A stretch of DNA of 64,000 nucleotides. Source: Octopus sinensis. Taxonomy: Eukaryota. Where the stretch lies: assembly GCF_006345805.1 (NCBI RefSeq), contig NC_042998.1, positions 54,560,001-54,624,000 on the forward strand, in the 5' to 3' direction. Below, in pieces: positions 53,341 through 64,000 of this stretch (its first letter is position 1; every line of letters begins with the position of its first letter). The notes beneath the pieces are model-generated. The model was not told where the DNA came from. It did not search any database and was given only the letters and a program-made list of their open reading frames with translations. Made by a program: the position numbers and the translations under genes.

Positions 53341-54473
53341 AAGAATGAAAATTATAGTTTCCAAGCAAAACCTAACAAAGGCAGCACTTATAATGATTGA
53401 GAGCAATTCACAATTGAAAAGTTTTATCCACAGCGATAACTAATTTTTCATTTTTTAATCGTAGTTATGCCATCACGGGACTGGTTATAATATTATCATT
53501 TTCTTATTTTTCTCTTATCAAAACTAGATTGCTAGATAGTGTTCCTAAAATGCACAAAATAGGTAAACTGACAGAAGAAATGAGAAGTTTTTACAAACAG
53601 TCATTAAATTAATACTTACTGTTGTAAAATATCTAAAAATGAATTAGTACAAAATGTACGAACTTGAAGTCATGTTAAACAAGCAGAATAATGTCTTGTA
53701 TTTATTTGAGTTTGGTTTTTCTTTCCTCTTGTAATAATTTGCATTGGTCCATGAAAAGAACATTGTCCAGACTTCAGTATTGGAGCTTTATACAGGACTG
53801 CTTCATTCCACAAAAACTGTATAGTTTCATTCAGCATTGTTAAGAGGGGATGACAGTTAGGAGCGTTACTCGAAACCATGCATATTTTCGTCCACAGGTT
53901 AAAAAAACAACATAGAGTTTGCGATTTATGCTTTCATAAAAGCAACGTGGAAGGAACACAGCATATTTGTTTAATGTTGTTTAGTCCAACAAATACAGAG
54001 CATGTAACTAACTCAGCATTGATTATTGCCAGTTGTATGATATAATTAGACATTACTGATACTGGAGTCTTGCAACAATAAACACTTCCTAAAGCTTTCT
54101 ATTTGTTTTAATATTATTTCTTTATTTTATTTCCTTATTTTCTTATTTTTTTTTTTTTACATTTTCCTTGTCCTAGTAACTCTTAACATTATCAACTATT
54201 GACTGACTGACAGACTGTCAGTCTAATGAGAAACAAGCACACACACACACACACACACATAAACACACACACTTACAAAATCATCAAAACAAAACGGTTA
54301 GTAACCAAGAGCAGAAACGAAATGCGTTATTGTAATCCAGTAGCCATCAGCCAGTGTAAACAAAGGACTGAAAGAAGTAACTAGAAACTTGTTTCCTATA
54401 GTTGCACTCACATAAAAGTCCTGCTAACCCATTAATGAAGGCAGCTTAATCAATAGAATCAAATGAGATATAC

Positions 54474-54631
54474 CTGACTATGATGCTTTCTTGACTGCTT
54501 TGGAGTCTGATTGTGGTTGTGGTCAGCATCATTTGAGCTGTCAAGTAGTTGGAATTTGATGAAATCATTGGAGATCTTGTTTTCTGGTTTCAATCCAGGC
54601 AGGCTAGTATTTCTATCATGGGACGTAAATT
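54474..54631 (-). CDS. KATNIP: KATNIP-like exon (158 nt, phase 1 to 0), low-complexity N-terminal region
   Basis: Acceptor ttttctttatggtctag|AA and donor CAG|gtatat. Only one frame is open: (E)FTSHDRNTSLPGLKPENKISNDF...RKHHSQ. Phase matches the next exon. No recognisable motif, so the assignment rests on splice sites and phase. Confidence 0.62.
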
Positions 54632-55036
54632 CTAGACCATAAAGAAAAATGGACATGTAAAAAAACACATGAAATACAAAAAAGGGGTCAAAACACAGAT
54701 TATCGACAAATGGCCTTCTAACAATACATGCAATCAATAAGATATAAAAATAACATCAATAAGGAAAGACTTTATCCATTAATTGGGATGTTTTGAAACA
54801 GTTGACTATTTTCTTTGAGAATTTCCTTCTTTATACTTCTATGACGAAATTCTTTAGTCTAAGGTTAATGAAGTTGTGAAACCTGTTCTCAGTCTGGTGG
54901 TAATTTGAAAATATAAAGTAGCTGCAGAGACACTATCACTAATTGCAAAGACTCAACCAACAAATAACTTGACAAAATAGGGAAAACAAACATTTTGCAA
55001 TTTACTGTGAATTTCCGTTCTCTCCCCCAACATTAA

Positions 55037-55254
55037 CCTTTTAGCATTTAAACCAGCTATATCCAGCCCAAATATTTTATCTGTTTTATGTTGAAACTGG
55101 CCAGATCCAGCCTCCCACATTTACCGTACAATGTCATTATAAAAAACAATTACATCTTCAAAAATCTTGAAACTACAAGATAATACATGATCAATTTTTT
55201 AAAATGTGGATAAATAAGCATTACATTTGATAAATTAATTTGACCACTAAAGGG
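55037..55254 (+). mobile_element. piggyBac-type MITE
   Basis: ttaa-ccttttagc...cactaaaggg-ttaa. Confidence 0.65.
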
Positions 55255-55609
55255 TTAATAAAATAATCAGGCAATAAATTTGGTTTTGATGTTTATTTTT
55301 TCATCTTCAGAATTTTTCCCAGTTTTTCTTTTCTTATTATTATTTATATTTTGCACTCACAACATTACTACAAACTTATAAACCTAACACATTGGGAGAG
55401 CTATGCACTCTAACAAGCCCCATGTGACAATTCAGTCAATTGAGATGTCAAGAACTTTAAGATTAACTACCCAACCCCGTAAAAATAAGATGTACGTACG
55501 TGTATATGAAATGGATGTATGCGTGTGTGCGAGAGAGAGAGAGAGAGAGAGAAAGAGATAGAGTGAATGAGTGAGTGAAGGTGTGTGTCGTAATGATGGA
55601 TGTCTTTTA

Positions 55610-55860
55610 AGGTACACACTTATGTAGAAAATGTGACGCCGTCGTTGTATAAAATGCTTACAATAGTTGAGTTATGGAAAAGATTATAATTTTAAATTTT
55701 TGTCACGCAAGTATGTCAATGAAAATAAAGTTTAGTTGGTAGCGGAAATAGTACTGAATCTTTTGATACCCCATACGTCAAAATCGGCAACTCAGTGTTT
55801 GGAATGCATCAGGGACACACACACACACACATACAAACTCTCTTTTATAGTTATAGATAT
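55610..55860 (+). mobile_element. HINE-like 3' end (third subfamily)
   Basis: (ca)n followed by ctcttttatagttatagat terminus. Confidence 0.4.
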
Positions 55861-56060
55861 ACACACACATATATACAGGTGGCACATAAAAAGCACCCAC
55901 TACACTCACGGAGTGGTTGGCGTTAGGAAGGGCATCCAGCTGTAGAAATATTGCCAGATAAGACTGGAGCCTGGTGCAGCCTTCTGACTTCCCAGATCCC
56001 CGGTCGAAATGTCCAACCCATGCTAGCATGGAGAACGGACATTAAACGATGATGATGATG

Positions 56061-56099
<39 letters not shown>

Positions 56100-56210
56100 A
56101 TATGTATATATACACATATTTATACATACATACACACACACAAATACACATATATACATACACATATATACACACACATATATGCACAAATATATATATA
56201 TATACATATA

Positions 56211-57832
56211 TAGCTGAGTCACTACCAGAACTAGAGACAAAGTTTAGGGTGTAGGAGCAAGATCTACAATCGAAGGGCCTTAGGGTTAACTTAGCAAAAA
56301 CCAAAGTCTTAGTAAGTAGGAAGGCTGTCAAGTCACAAATCCCTTGAGGTAGATGGCTCTGCTCAATCTGTAGAAAAGGCGTGGCTAGAAACTCCATACG
56401 ATGTACCCAGTGTAAGCTATGGCCACATAAAAGGTGTAGCAATATCAAAGAAAGGTTAACCAGGAAGATAGTTGTTGTCTGAGGCAGATGCACAAAGGCA
56501 ATAAGCACTGAAGATGTACAGAAAACAGATTCCATCACACACCAGGGGTAAAAACTAGAAGTAGCTAATAGTGTCTGCTACCTAGGCGAGCAAGTCTGTA
56601 GTTGGGGTGGTTGCTCTGAGAGTGTAGTGGCTAGAATAAGAATAGCTTGGGCAAAGTTCAGGGAGCTCCTACAACAGCTGGCAACTAAGGTCCTCTCACT
56701 CAGGATGAAAGGTAGACTGTATGATGCATGTGTACAAACTGCCATGCTACACGGCAGTGAAACATGGGCCATGACAGCTGAGGACATGTGTAGGCTTGAA
56801 AGAAATGAAGCTAGTATGATCCACTGGATGAGTAATGTCAGTGTACATACATGACAGAATGTAAGCACTCTGTTGAGAAAAGTTGGGCATAAGAAGCAAC
56901 AAATGTGGTGTGCAAGAGAGACGACTGTGCTGGTTTGGTCATGTGTTACATACGTATGGCAACAGCTGTGTGAGGAAATGCCATTCCCTAACTGTGGAAG
57001 AAACCTGTAGAAGAGGTAGCCCAGGAAGACATGGGATGAAGTGGTGAAGCATGACCTTTGAACATTGACAGGAGAACAATGACAGGAGACCAAGATCTTT
57101 GGAGATATGCTGTGATTGAGAAGGCCCAACAACTAAATTGAGATCACTACCATAGCCGATGCCAGTGTTGCATGTCTGTCTCATTTAAGATTACCCCTGA
57201 TATGTCATGTGATATGATATGCTTTAGAAGACCTGTTGAGCCAAGTAAAACTAAAATCATAGCTGTGGCAAATGCCCTCAAACTGGCTCCTGTTCCGGTG
57301 GCATGTAAAATGCATCATTAGAACGTGGTCGATGCCAGTGTCTCCTGACTAGCTCCCATGCTGGTGGTATGTAAAAAGCACGATCCAAACATCATTGTTG
57401 CCAGGTCCATCCGAACATGGCTGATGCCAGTACTCCCTGACTGGCTCCTGTGCTGGTGGCATGTAAAAAGTGCTATCCGAATGTGATCGATGCCAGGACT
57501 GCCTGGCTGACCCCCCCTCCAGTGCCAGTGGCACATAAAAAAACCTCCCAAATGTGGTCAATCCCAGTACATACTGACTGGCTCCCATGCCAGTAGCACA
57601 TAAAAAGCAACATCCGAACATGGCCGATGCTAGTACCCGCTGACTGGCTCCTGTGCTGGTGGCACATAAAAAGCACTCACTACACTCTCTGAGATGTTGA
57701 CGTTAGGAGGGCATCCAGCTGTAAAAACATTGCCAGACCAGATTGGAGCCTGGTGCAGCCACTGGCTCTCCAGAGCTCAGTCAAACCGTCCAACCCATGC
57801 CAATATGGAAAACAGACATAATGATAATGATA
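56211..57832 (+). mobile_element. 5'-truncated RTE-clade LINE: RT C-terminal region, 3' UTR with ~65-bp tandem subrepeats and (GAT)n tail
   Basis: GLRVNLAKTKVL, RIRIAWAKFREL and KGRLYDACVQTAMLHGSETWA motifs with premature stops; about six subrepeats at 57280-57680; conserved end ...aacccatgccaatatggaaaacagacataatgataatgat. Confidence 0.85.
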
Positions 57833-57840
57833 TATATACA

Positions 57841-58275
57841 TATCATCATCATTTAATGCCCACTTTCCATGCTAGCATGGGTAGGACAGTTCGACTGAGG
57901 ACTGGCGAGCCAGAAGGCTGCACCAGGCTCCAATAGATGTGGCAAAGTTTCTACAGCTGGATGCCCTTCCTAACGCCAACCACTCCGAGAGTGTAGTGGA
58001 TGCTTTTATGTGCCATTTGCATGAAGGCCAGCCAGGCAATACTGACAACGACCACGCTCAAAAGGGTTTCTTTACATGCCACCTGCAGGGGAGCCAGTCC
58101 AGCGGCACTGGCAACAACCATGCTCGAGTGTTGTTTTTCACATGCCCCCAGCACATGTGCCAGTAAAGCGACGTTAGCAACGATCACGCTCAAATTGTCT
58201 TTTTATGTGCCACCAGCACAGGAGCCAGTCAGTGGCCCTGACAATGATCACCCTTGGATGGTGCTTTTAGCATTC
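57841..58275 (-). mobile_element. Family C RTE-tail element, tail-to-tail with the LINE
   Basis: atcatcatcatttaatgcccac... on plus, directly facing the LINE tail. Confidence 0.7.
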
Positions 58276-58289
58276 CATTGTCGTATATG

Positions 58290-58320
<31 letters not shown>

Positions 58321-58614
58321 CTACATATATATACACACATACTTATATTTATATATATGTTTGTGTGTACATACACAGAATAAGAGCTAACTTGGTTTTA
58401 GAAAGCAGTTATTCATGTAGCCAAAGTATAATTATGAAAGCGCCATGAAAAATTATTCTGATAATAGAGGACCATTTTTGTAGCTGACATATGGATTTTT
58501 GCACATTGGAATTCAGTGAAAGAAAGGTTAGAAAGAAATTTGGTAGAGGTACTTTAGAAAGAGTAGCATCACCAAGGAAGCCTGTGACCCTCATGCTTTG
58601 AATAATAATATTAC

Positions 58615-58650
58615 CTGCTTCTAAACGTGCTGTTGATGAGGTTGAATAAT
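58615..58650 (-). CDS. KATNIP: Candidate 36-nt micro-exon (phase 1 to 1) of KATNIP-like gene
   Basis: ttattag|AT TAT TCA ACC TCA TCA ACA GCA CGT TTA GAA GCA G|gtaata gives (D)YSTSSTARLEA(E). Phase-compatible with both neighbours, but lacks a normal polypyrimidine tract. Confidence 0.35.
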
Positions 58651-58669
58651 CTAATAATGTCTAGCATCA

Positions 58670-58725
<56 letters not shown>

Positions 58726-58740
58726 CATTATTATTAGCAT
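58670..58740. repeat. (ATT)n microsatellite
   Basis: Directly visible; sits just upstream of the candidate micro-exon on the minus strand. Confidence 0.9.
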
Positions 58741-59105
58741 TATCTTAGTTAAAATGCTGCTGGTGAGTTCTGGTGAAAGACTGAAGCAAAAATACTACTT
58801 TGTACAACAGCTGAAAAAAAAAATTGTTTAATAATAATAAAAAAAAGACTATACTGAAAATTGCAAAGAACATTTAATGGAAGATATTGCCAATGAGAAT
58901 ACTATTTAACTCTGTAACAGACAAAATATGAAGGAATAAGTAGAATGAGCCAAAAGCACAGAGCAGTAAGCAATCATAGCAAGCACCACCATCAGGTGGC
59001 AAAATGATAGCAAATAGCACCACAGGTATAAAAGATGGATAACGGACAGAGAAACTGGTAAGTAAAATAAGTTGGTGCCGTGTTATTCCACTTACAAATA
59101 CTAAC

Positions 59106-59168
59106 CTGTTGTTGACCGAGTATTGTAATCTTTTTGCTTTGAGCTGACAACATTTTTCTCCCAACTAC
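59106..59168 (-). CDS. KATNIP: Candidate 63-nt exon (phase 1 to 1) of KATNIP-like gene
   Basis: Acceptor ctttcttttcttttgtcacttaaag|GT and donor ACAG|gttagt. Open frame SWEKNVVSSKQKDYNTRSTT; end phase matches 58650 or 54631. Confidence 0.55.
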
Positions 59169-59651
59169 CTTTAAGTGACAAAAGAAAAGAAAGTTCCATG
59201 TTATTTAATTAGCTAATTCTCAAGAATTATCTTTACTTCTATAATAAACTTTTAACATATATAATCTTACAACGTCATTAGTATACAAAAATTGGAAAAT
59301 CAAATTATCACTGTCCTTTCTTCAGTTATTTTTATCTTCATTCCACTGATGGTTATTATATGGTAATTGTTGTTTACAAGAATGTAAAAAAAGAAAAAAA
59401 AAAGAAAATTAATTTTTGTACAGGCACAAGTAAGGCTGTGTGATTAAGAAGCTCACTTTGCAACCATGTGGTTTTGAGTTCAGTCCCACTCTGCAATACC
59501 TTGAGCAAGTATTTTTTTACTATAGCACTGACACTAAATTCAACATATTCCCCTGCAGCAATTGTAGATCCTTTACATTTTCAATTCATATTCTTTTACA
59601 ACATCAAAATCATACTCAACATCATCTCAATACAGTCTGCCCTTTATATGA

Positions 59652-60060
59652 AATCATCATTTAATGTCCGTTTTTGATGCTGGCATGGGTTGGATAGTTT
59701 GACAGGAGCTGGCCAACCTGAGAGCTGTCCAGACTCCAATTGTCTGTTTTGGGATGGTTTCTACAACTGGATGCCCTTCCTAACACCAACCCCTTTACAG
59801 AGCGTGTGGGTGCTTTTCAATGCTACTGGAACAGGTGTTTTTGTGTGGCACTGGCACAAGTGCATTTCATGTGACACTGGCACCCGCAAGACAAAGAAAG
59901 ACCTCTTGACCAGAAAAGGGAGTGGGAGCATGGCCATAATGGACATGTCTGTATATCTTCACTTAGCATTGACATGTCTTAAGTACAGCAAATCACCAGA
60001 AATCTTGGTCCCTTGTCATCTCAATGAAGCCCAGTATCTGGAGATCCTTTCTTACTTCAA
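59652..60060 (-). mobile_element. Family C RTE-tail element
   Basis: atcatcatttaatgtccg...ctggatgcccttcctaacacc. Confidence 0.65.
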
Positions 60061-60737
60061 CCCACATCTTCCTGGGTCTAACCCTTTCACAAGTCCTCTA
60101 CATAATTAAATTTCTTCCTTCTACTTCAAATTCACCAACATATTTAGGCAGCTCATAAGCAGCAGATAAATTTCTTTGTGTATGTGACATAATTATGAAG
60201 AAGCTAACAGTCTCACATGCAGAAACGTGATATGTGCATCACTGCAGCTGCATGGTTGAAATGAATAAAAGAGTATGATATGTATGATATTTATTGAGGT
60301 GTCTTTATCTTATATCTTTTATTTGTTTCAGTAACTGGGCAGAAGCTCTGCTAGGACACCAACTTGAAAGATTTTAGCTGAACACACTGACCCACCCCAG
60401 TACCTCTGTTTCTTTTTAAGTCTGGTACTTATTCTATCAGCCTTTTTACTAAACCACTAAGGGGATGTAAACAAACCAACACTGATTGTTAAGTGGTGTA
60501 TGTGTACAGAGGATCACACACATACACGCACGCACGCACACACACACACACACACATATGACAGGTGTTCTGTTTGTCAGATTCAATCAAAAGGTATTAG
60601 TTGGCCTGGGGCTATAGAAATCATTTACCCAAGGTCTCACACAGTAAGACTAAACCTAAAAGCATGTGGCTGCAAAGCAAGCTTCTTAAACACATCACAA
60701 TGCTTACACCTTAAATATATGTTTTAATTATGCAATG

Positions 60738-61076
60738 TGAAGGCACATGGCTCAGTGGTTAGAGCATCGGACTCACAATCATGAGGTTGTGAGTTCAATT
60801 CTCAAACAGGGTTGTGTGTTGTGTTCTTGAGCAAGACACCTTATTTCACATTGCTCCAGTTTACTCAGCTGTAGAAATGAGTTGTGATGGTACTGGTGCT
60901 AAGCTGTATTGGCTTTTGCCTTTCCCTTGGATAACACCAGGGGCATGGAGAATGGAGGCTGGTATGCATGGGCAACTGCTGGTCTTCCATAAAAAACTTT
61001 GTCTGGACTCATGCCTTGGATAGCAACTTTCTAGGTGCAATCCCATGGTCATTCATGGTCAAAGGGGGTCTTTACC
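60738..61076 (+). mobile_element. tRNA-derived SINE (family D)
   Basis: A box tggctcagtgg, B box gagttcaattc, CORE-like ttcttgagcaagacac; ttttaattat at both flanks (possible TSD). Confidence 0.75.
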
Positions 61077-61639
61077 TTTTAATTATAGAATATTAAGATT
61101 GACAGTGAATTCAAACAAACAGTTAGTGTGAGTAGGTGTTTGCTTGGACTATATCTTCAGTTCTATGCTATTCGTTATAGCACTGAAGTCCTTGATGCTT
61201 TAATTCACGAGTTTATAATTGGTTGTCCTTGAGGAGCTAAATAAATTTATGACCTGATTCTCAGAGGAACATTTGTTAATAAGCTGTGAGGAAATCTAAA
61301 TTTGGAAGGATAGTTTTGGATTCAAAGTTTAATGTGCCCATATGTAGAGATGAATGTGTTTAATTAGAATACAACATCTAAGTGCTGACTAGAAAGAGGA
61401 ACTGCTTGATAATTTGCAAAGTAAAAGTAAGAAACTATGTAATGTAGCAATGAATACACAAAAGATGGAGTGGGATTTTCTGGTAGACTAGCAAAGAACC
61501 TATGCTTTACAAGTGTTGATAGATACACAGTAGTTAGTAATATGTAGTACTTAACAAATGGAGTCCTGGAAGTATATTTGGTGGCTTCTTAGAGACAGGC
61601 AATAGTTTCTGTTACTTAAGTAGGAAAGACAATGATGCA

Positions 61640-61910
61640 GTTGTTGCCAGTGCCGCTGGACTGGCTCCTGTGCAGGTGGCATGTAAAAAACCCCATTTGA
61701 GCGTGACCATTGCCAGTACCGCCAGACTGGGCCTCGTGCTGGTGACACGTAAAAGCACCCACTACACTCTCGGAGTGGTTGGCGTTAGGAAGGGCATCCA
61801 GCTGTAGAAACTCTGCCAGATCAGATTGGAGCCTGCACCAGTCCTCAGTCAAATTGTCCAACCCATGCTAGCATGGAAAGCGGACGTTAAATGATGATGA
61901 GGAGGAGGAG
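61640..61910 (+). mobile_element. Family C RTE-tail element
   Basis: Subrepeats, then ggcgttaggaagggcatccagctgtagaaac, then ggacgttaaatgatgatg. Confidence 0.75.
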
Positions 61911-63417
61911 GATGAACCTGTGATACAAATAGATGGAGAATGCTGGGTGAAAATGAGTCAAAAGCTCTAAATGGTAGGTACATGTAGAATGGCATGTTTG
62001 AGACCCTGAGACTAGAATTCTGACTGCTCACACACATAAGCTGGCAAAACAGTGAGGTGAATGGCAATATGCTAGAGAGCACCAAGTATCATCCCAAAAG
62101 TTTATAGAAGCAGCACTTAGATTCAGTCTACAGAACTAATATTTGACTCCAATTACTTACTTATACTTTCTTACCTTAAAAAGAAAATTGCTATAACAAT
62201 GTCAATTCTTTCATGTATGAAATTAAATCTGACAGCAATTAAGCAGAGTATTATCGATGACATTAGCAGTATTGTCAAATATTCTATGAGGAACATTTGA
62301 ATAACCATTAACACATTGGAATGATAGACACTTGTAGACAATGATAGACAATAGCTGGTGAAGTAAAATTACTGTTACAGATTGTTTGGACAAAATATAT
62401 AGCTCGTGATAACAGAGAAAATATTTTCTCAACACAACAAGCAGAGGTCATTCTGGCACAACACCAAGACAAGAAAAAAAAAAGCATTAAAACAGAGAAA
62501 AACTTATTGACCAATTCTATTCAATTTATTTGTTTTATTTATTTATTACTTTTGTGGGTTAGCCAAGAGAGAAAGGGCAGCAACCATGACAATTTAAAGA
62601 GATTCCCAGAATGGTTGGATGAAGGAACAAGTAATTTTCATATTATAACATCAGGCCCAAATGCTAAAAGTATGCAATGGCCAGGGAGTGGTGTTCAACT
62701 TGGGGAATTAACTCCTATAACTCAAACGCAGAGTAAAATAAATAATTCAAGATAATCTGAACATTAAGAATAATAATAAAAAAAAAGGAATTGTAATATT
62801 CATGCAGAAAAATGAGTTTGTGAGTGACAGAGTGAAATATCAAAGTAATCATATGTGGAAGTGAATAGGTGTATATGTGTGATACCTGAATATTTTACAA
62901 CAGAAAGATTACCGAATGAAGATTAAGAAAACAGTAAGAAATAGCAGTCTACTTTGGTTCTTCATAATAGAAATTGAAATCTTACTGTTTGTACACCTGT
63001 TTTTTTTTTAAACGTACACTGCATCCCTGCATTTTATAAGAGGCTACTAAAAGGGGTGGGCAACAGGAAGAGTATCAAGCCACACCACAGCTATAGGAAA
63101 CTCATCAAACCTATACCAGTATGGAATAGTAGCCATAAAATGATGATGATTATTAATAGGGATATAGTGTGCAAATTTAATATACTATCAGTTACTTGGT
63201 ATTTTTCTATGCTCATTCCCTTTCTAACTAAACAATTGATTTTGAAGCAAACATAGTACCTGTTTTATAGTTAGATAAACCAAGGCAAGAACACTTATTA
63301 AATTAGCACAGAATATAATGATATAATTAAAGTAGATGGCAGTTAATCAAGATCAAATAAGCCCATTTTTAACTATTGAAATAGCTGCAGATAAACAAAG
63401 CTGACTGAACATATTAA

Positions 63418-63624
63418 CCCTTTAACATTCAGATCACTCTGTCAAATATAATTCTTATTTATTTACATTGTTTAGAATTAATCATGCATCATCTCAAAGT
63501 TTCAAGATTTTGATAATGCAGCTGTTTATTTTTAGGATTATATTGCAATGTAGGTGAGAGAAAGGCCAGATCGGGCTCATTTGAATATAAAACATATAGA
63601 TAAGACTGGTTTAAATGCTAAAGA
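63418..63624 (-). mobile_element. piggyBac-type MITE, reverse orientation
   Basis: ttaa-ccctttaac...aatgctaaaga-ttaa; body is the reverse complement of 55037-55254. Confidence 0.55.
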
Positions 63625-64000
63625 TTAAATTACCGATACAAAACACATTCTTACAAATAAATTCTTACTCTTCTTAATCTAAACAATGAAGTTATTAAAC
63701 AAAACATTTCAACCTATAATCCACACACATTTGCAATCTTCTAATCCTCCTTTTTTCTACCACTACTACAATCATCATCATCGTCATCATCATTTAACAT
63801 CCATTGTCCATGCTGGCAACGGATGTTAAATGATGATGATGATGACAATGTTCACTGGAATTAGATGGTTACCTACCATGTCTACCCAAACGTGCCTGAC
63901 ACATTCATCTCTCCTCCTCTCACCACCCATATCAGGTCCCTTCCCTGCCCTGTATTAACCACTTTTACCAATCCTAGTGTCATCCCTCGGATATTCCTTT

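Noticed and set aside
53670-53879. 69-aa minus-strand ORF between KATNIP exons
   Set aside because: No convincing splice pair; the 54474 and 51669 exons already join in phase.
57280-57680. Regularly spaced repeats that superficially resemble a CRISPR array
   Set aside because: Eukaryotic context, contiguous degenerate tandem units without unique spacers, no cas genes; part of the RTE 3' UTR.
58874-59164. 96-aa minus-strand ORF (MGEKCCQLKAK...)
   Set aside because: It overlaps the 63-nt exon candidate in a different frame and runs through its donor site; the phase-compatible frame is preferred.
62130-62240. Strong-looking minus-strand donor AAG|gtaaga
   Set aside because: The phase needed to join the 59168 exon places a TAA stop immediately before the donor.

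Overview
AT-rich (microsatellite- and transposon-laden) animal genomic DNA whose repeat families and intron scale suggest a coleoid cephalopod, most likely Octopus (inference). The window lies inside one protein-coding gene on the minus strand, a KATNIP/KIAA0556 (katanin-interacting, DUF4457) orthologue. Six exons with canonical AG/GT boundaries and mutually compatible phases can be chained (54474-54631, 51593-51669, 45712-45814, 35803-35997, 22329-22457, 13484-14099). Two further phase-1/phase-1 micro-exon candidates lie upstream (59106-59168, 58615-58650). Neither the start nor the stop codon was found. The introns contain decayed R4/Dong, RTE and CR1-like LINE fragments, several tRNA-derived SINE families, internally deleted mariner elements, a Tc1-like fragment, hAT- and piggyBac-type MITEs, Helentron-associated (HINE/DINE-1-like) elements and long microsatellites. 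The most unusual signal is a set of fold-back (inverted-repeat) Penelope-like elements carrying minimal hammerhead-ribozyme motifs. The best is an ~830-bp near-perfect palindrome at 8114-8943 with a fully paired type I hammerhead in each arm. Repeat boundaries are read by eye and may be off by several bases.
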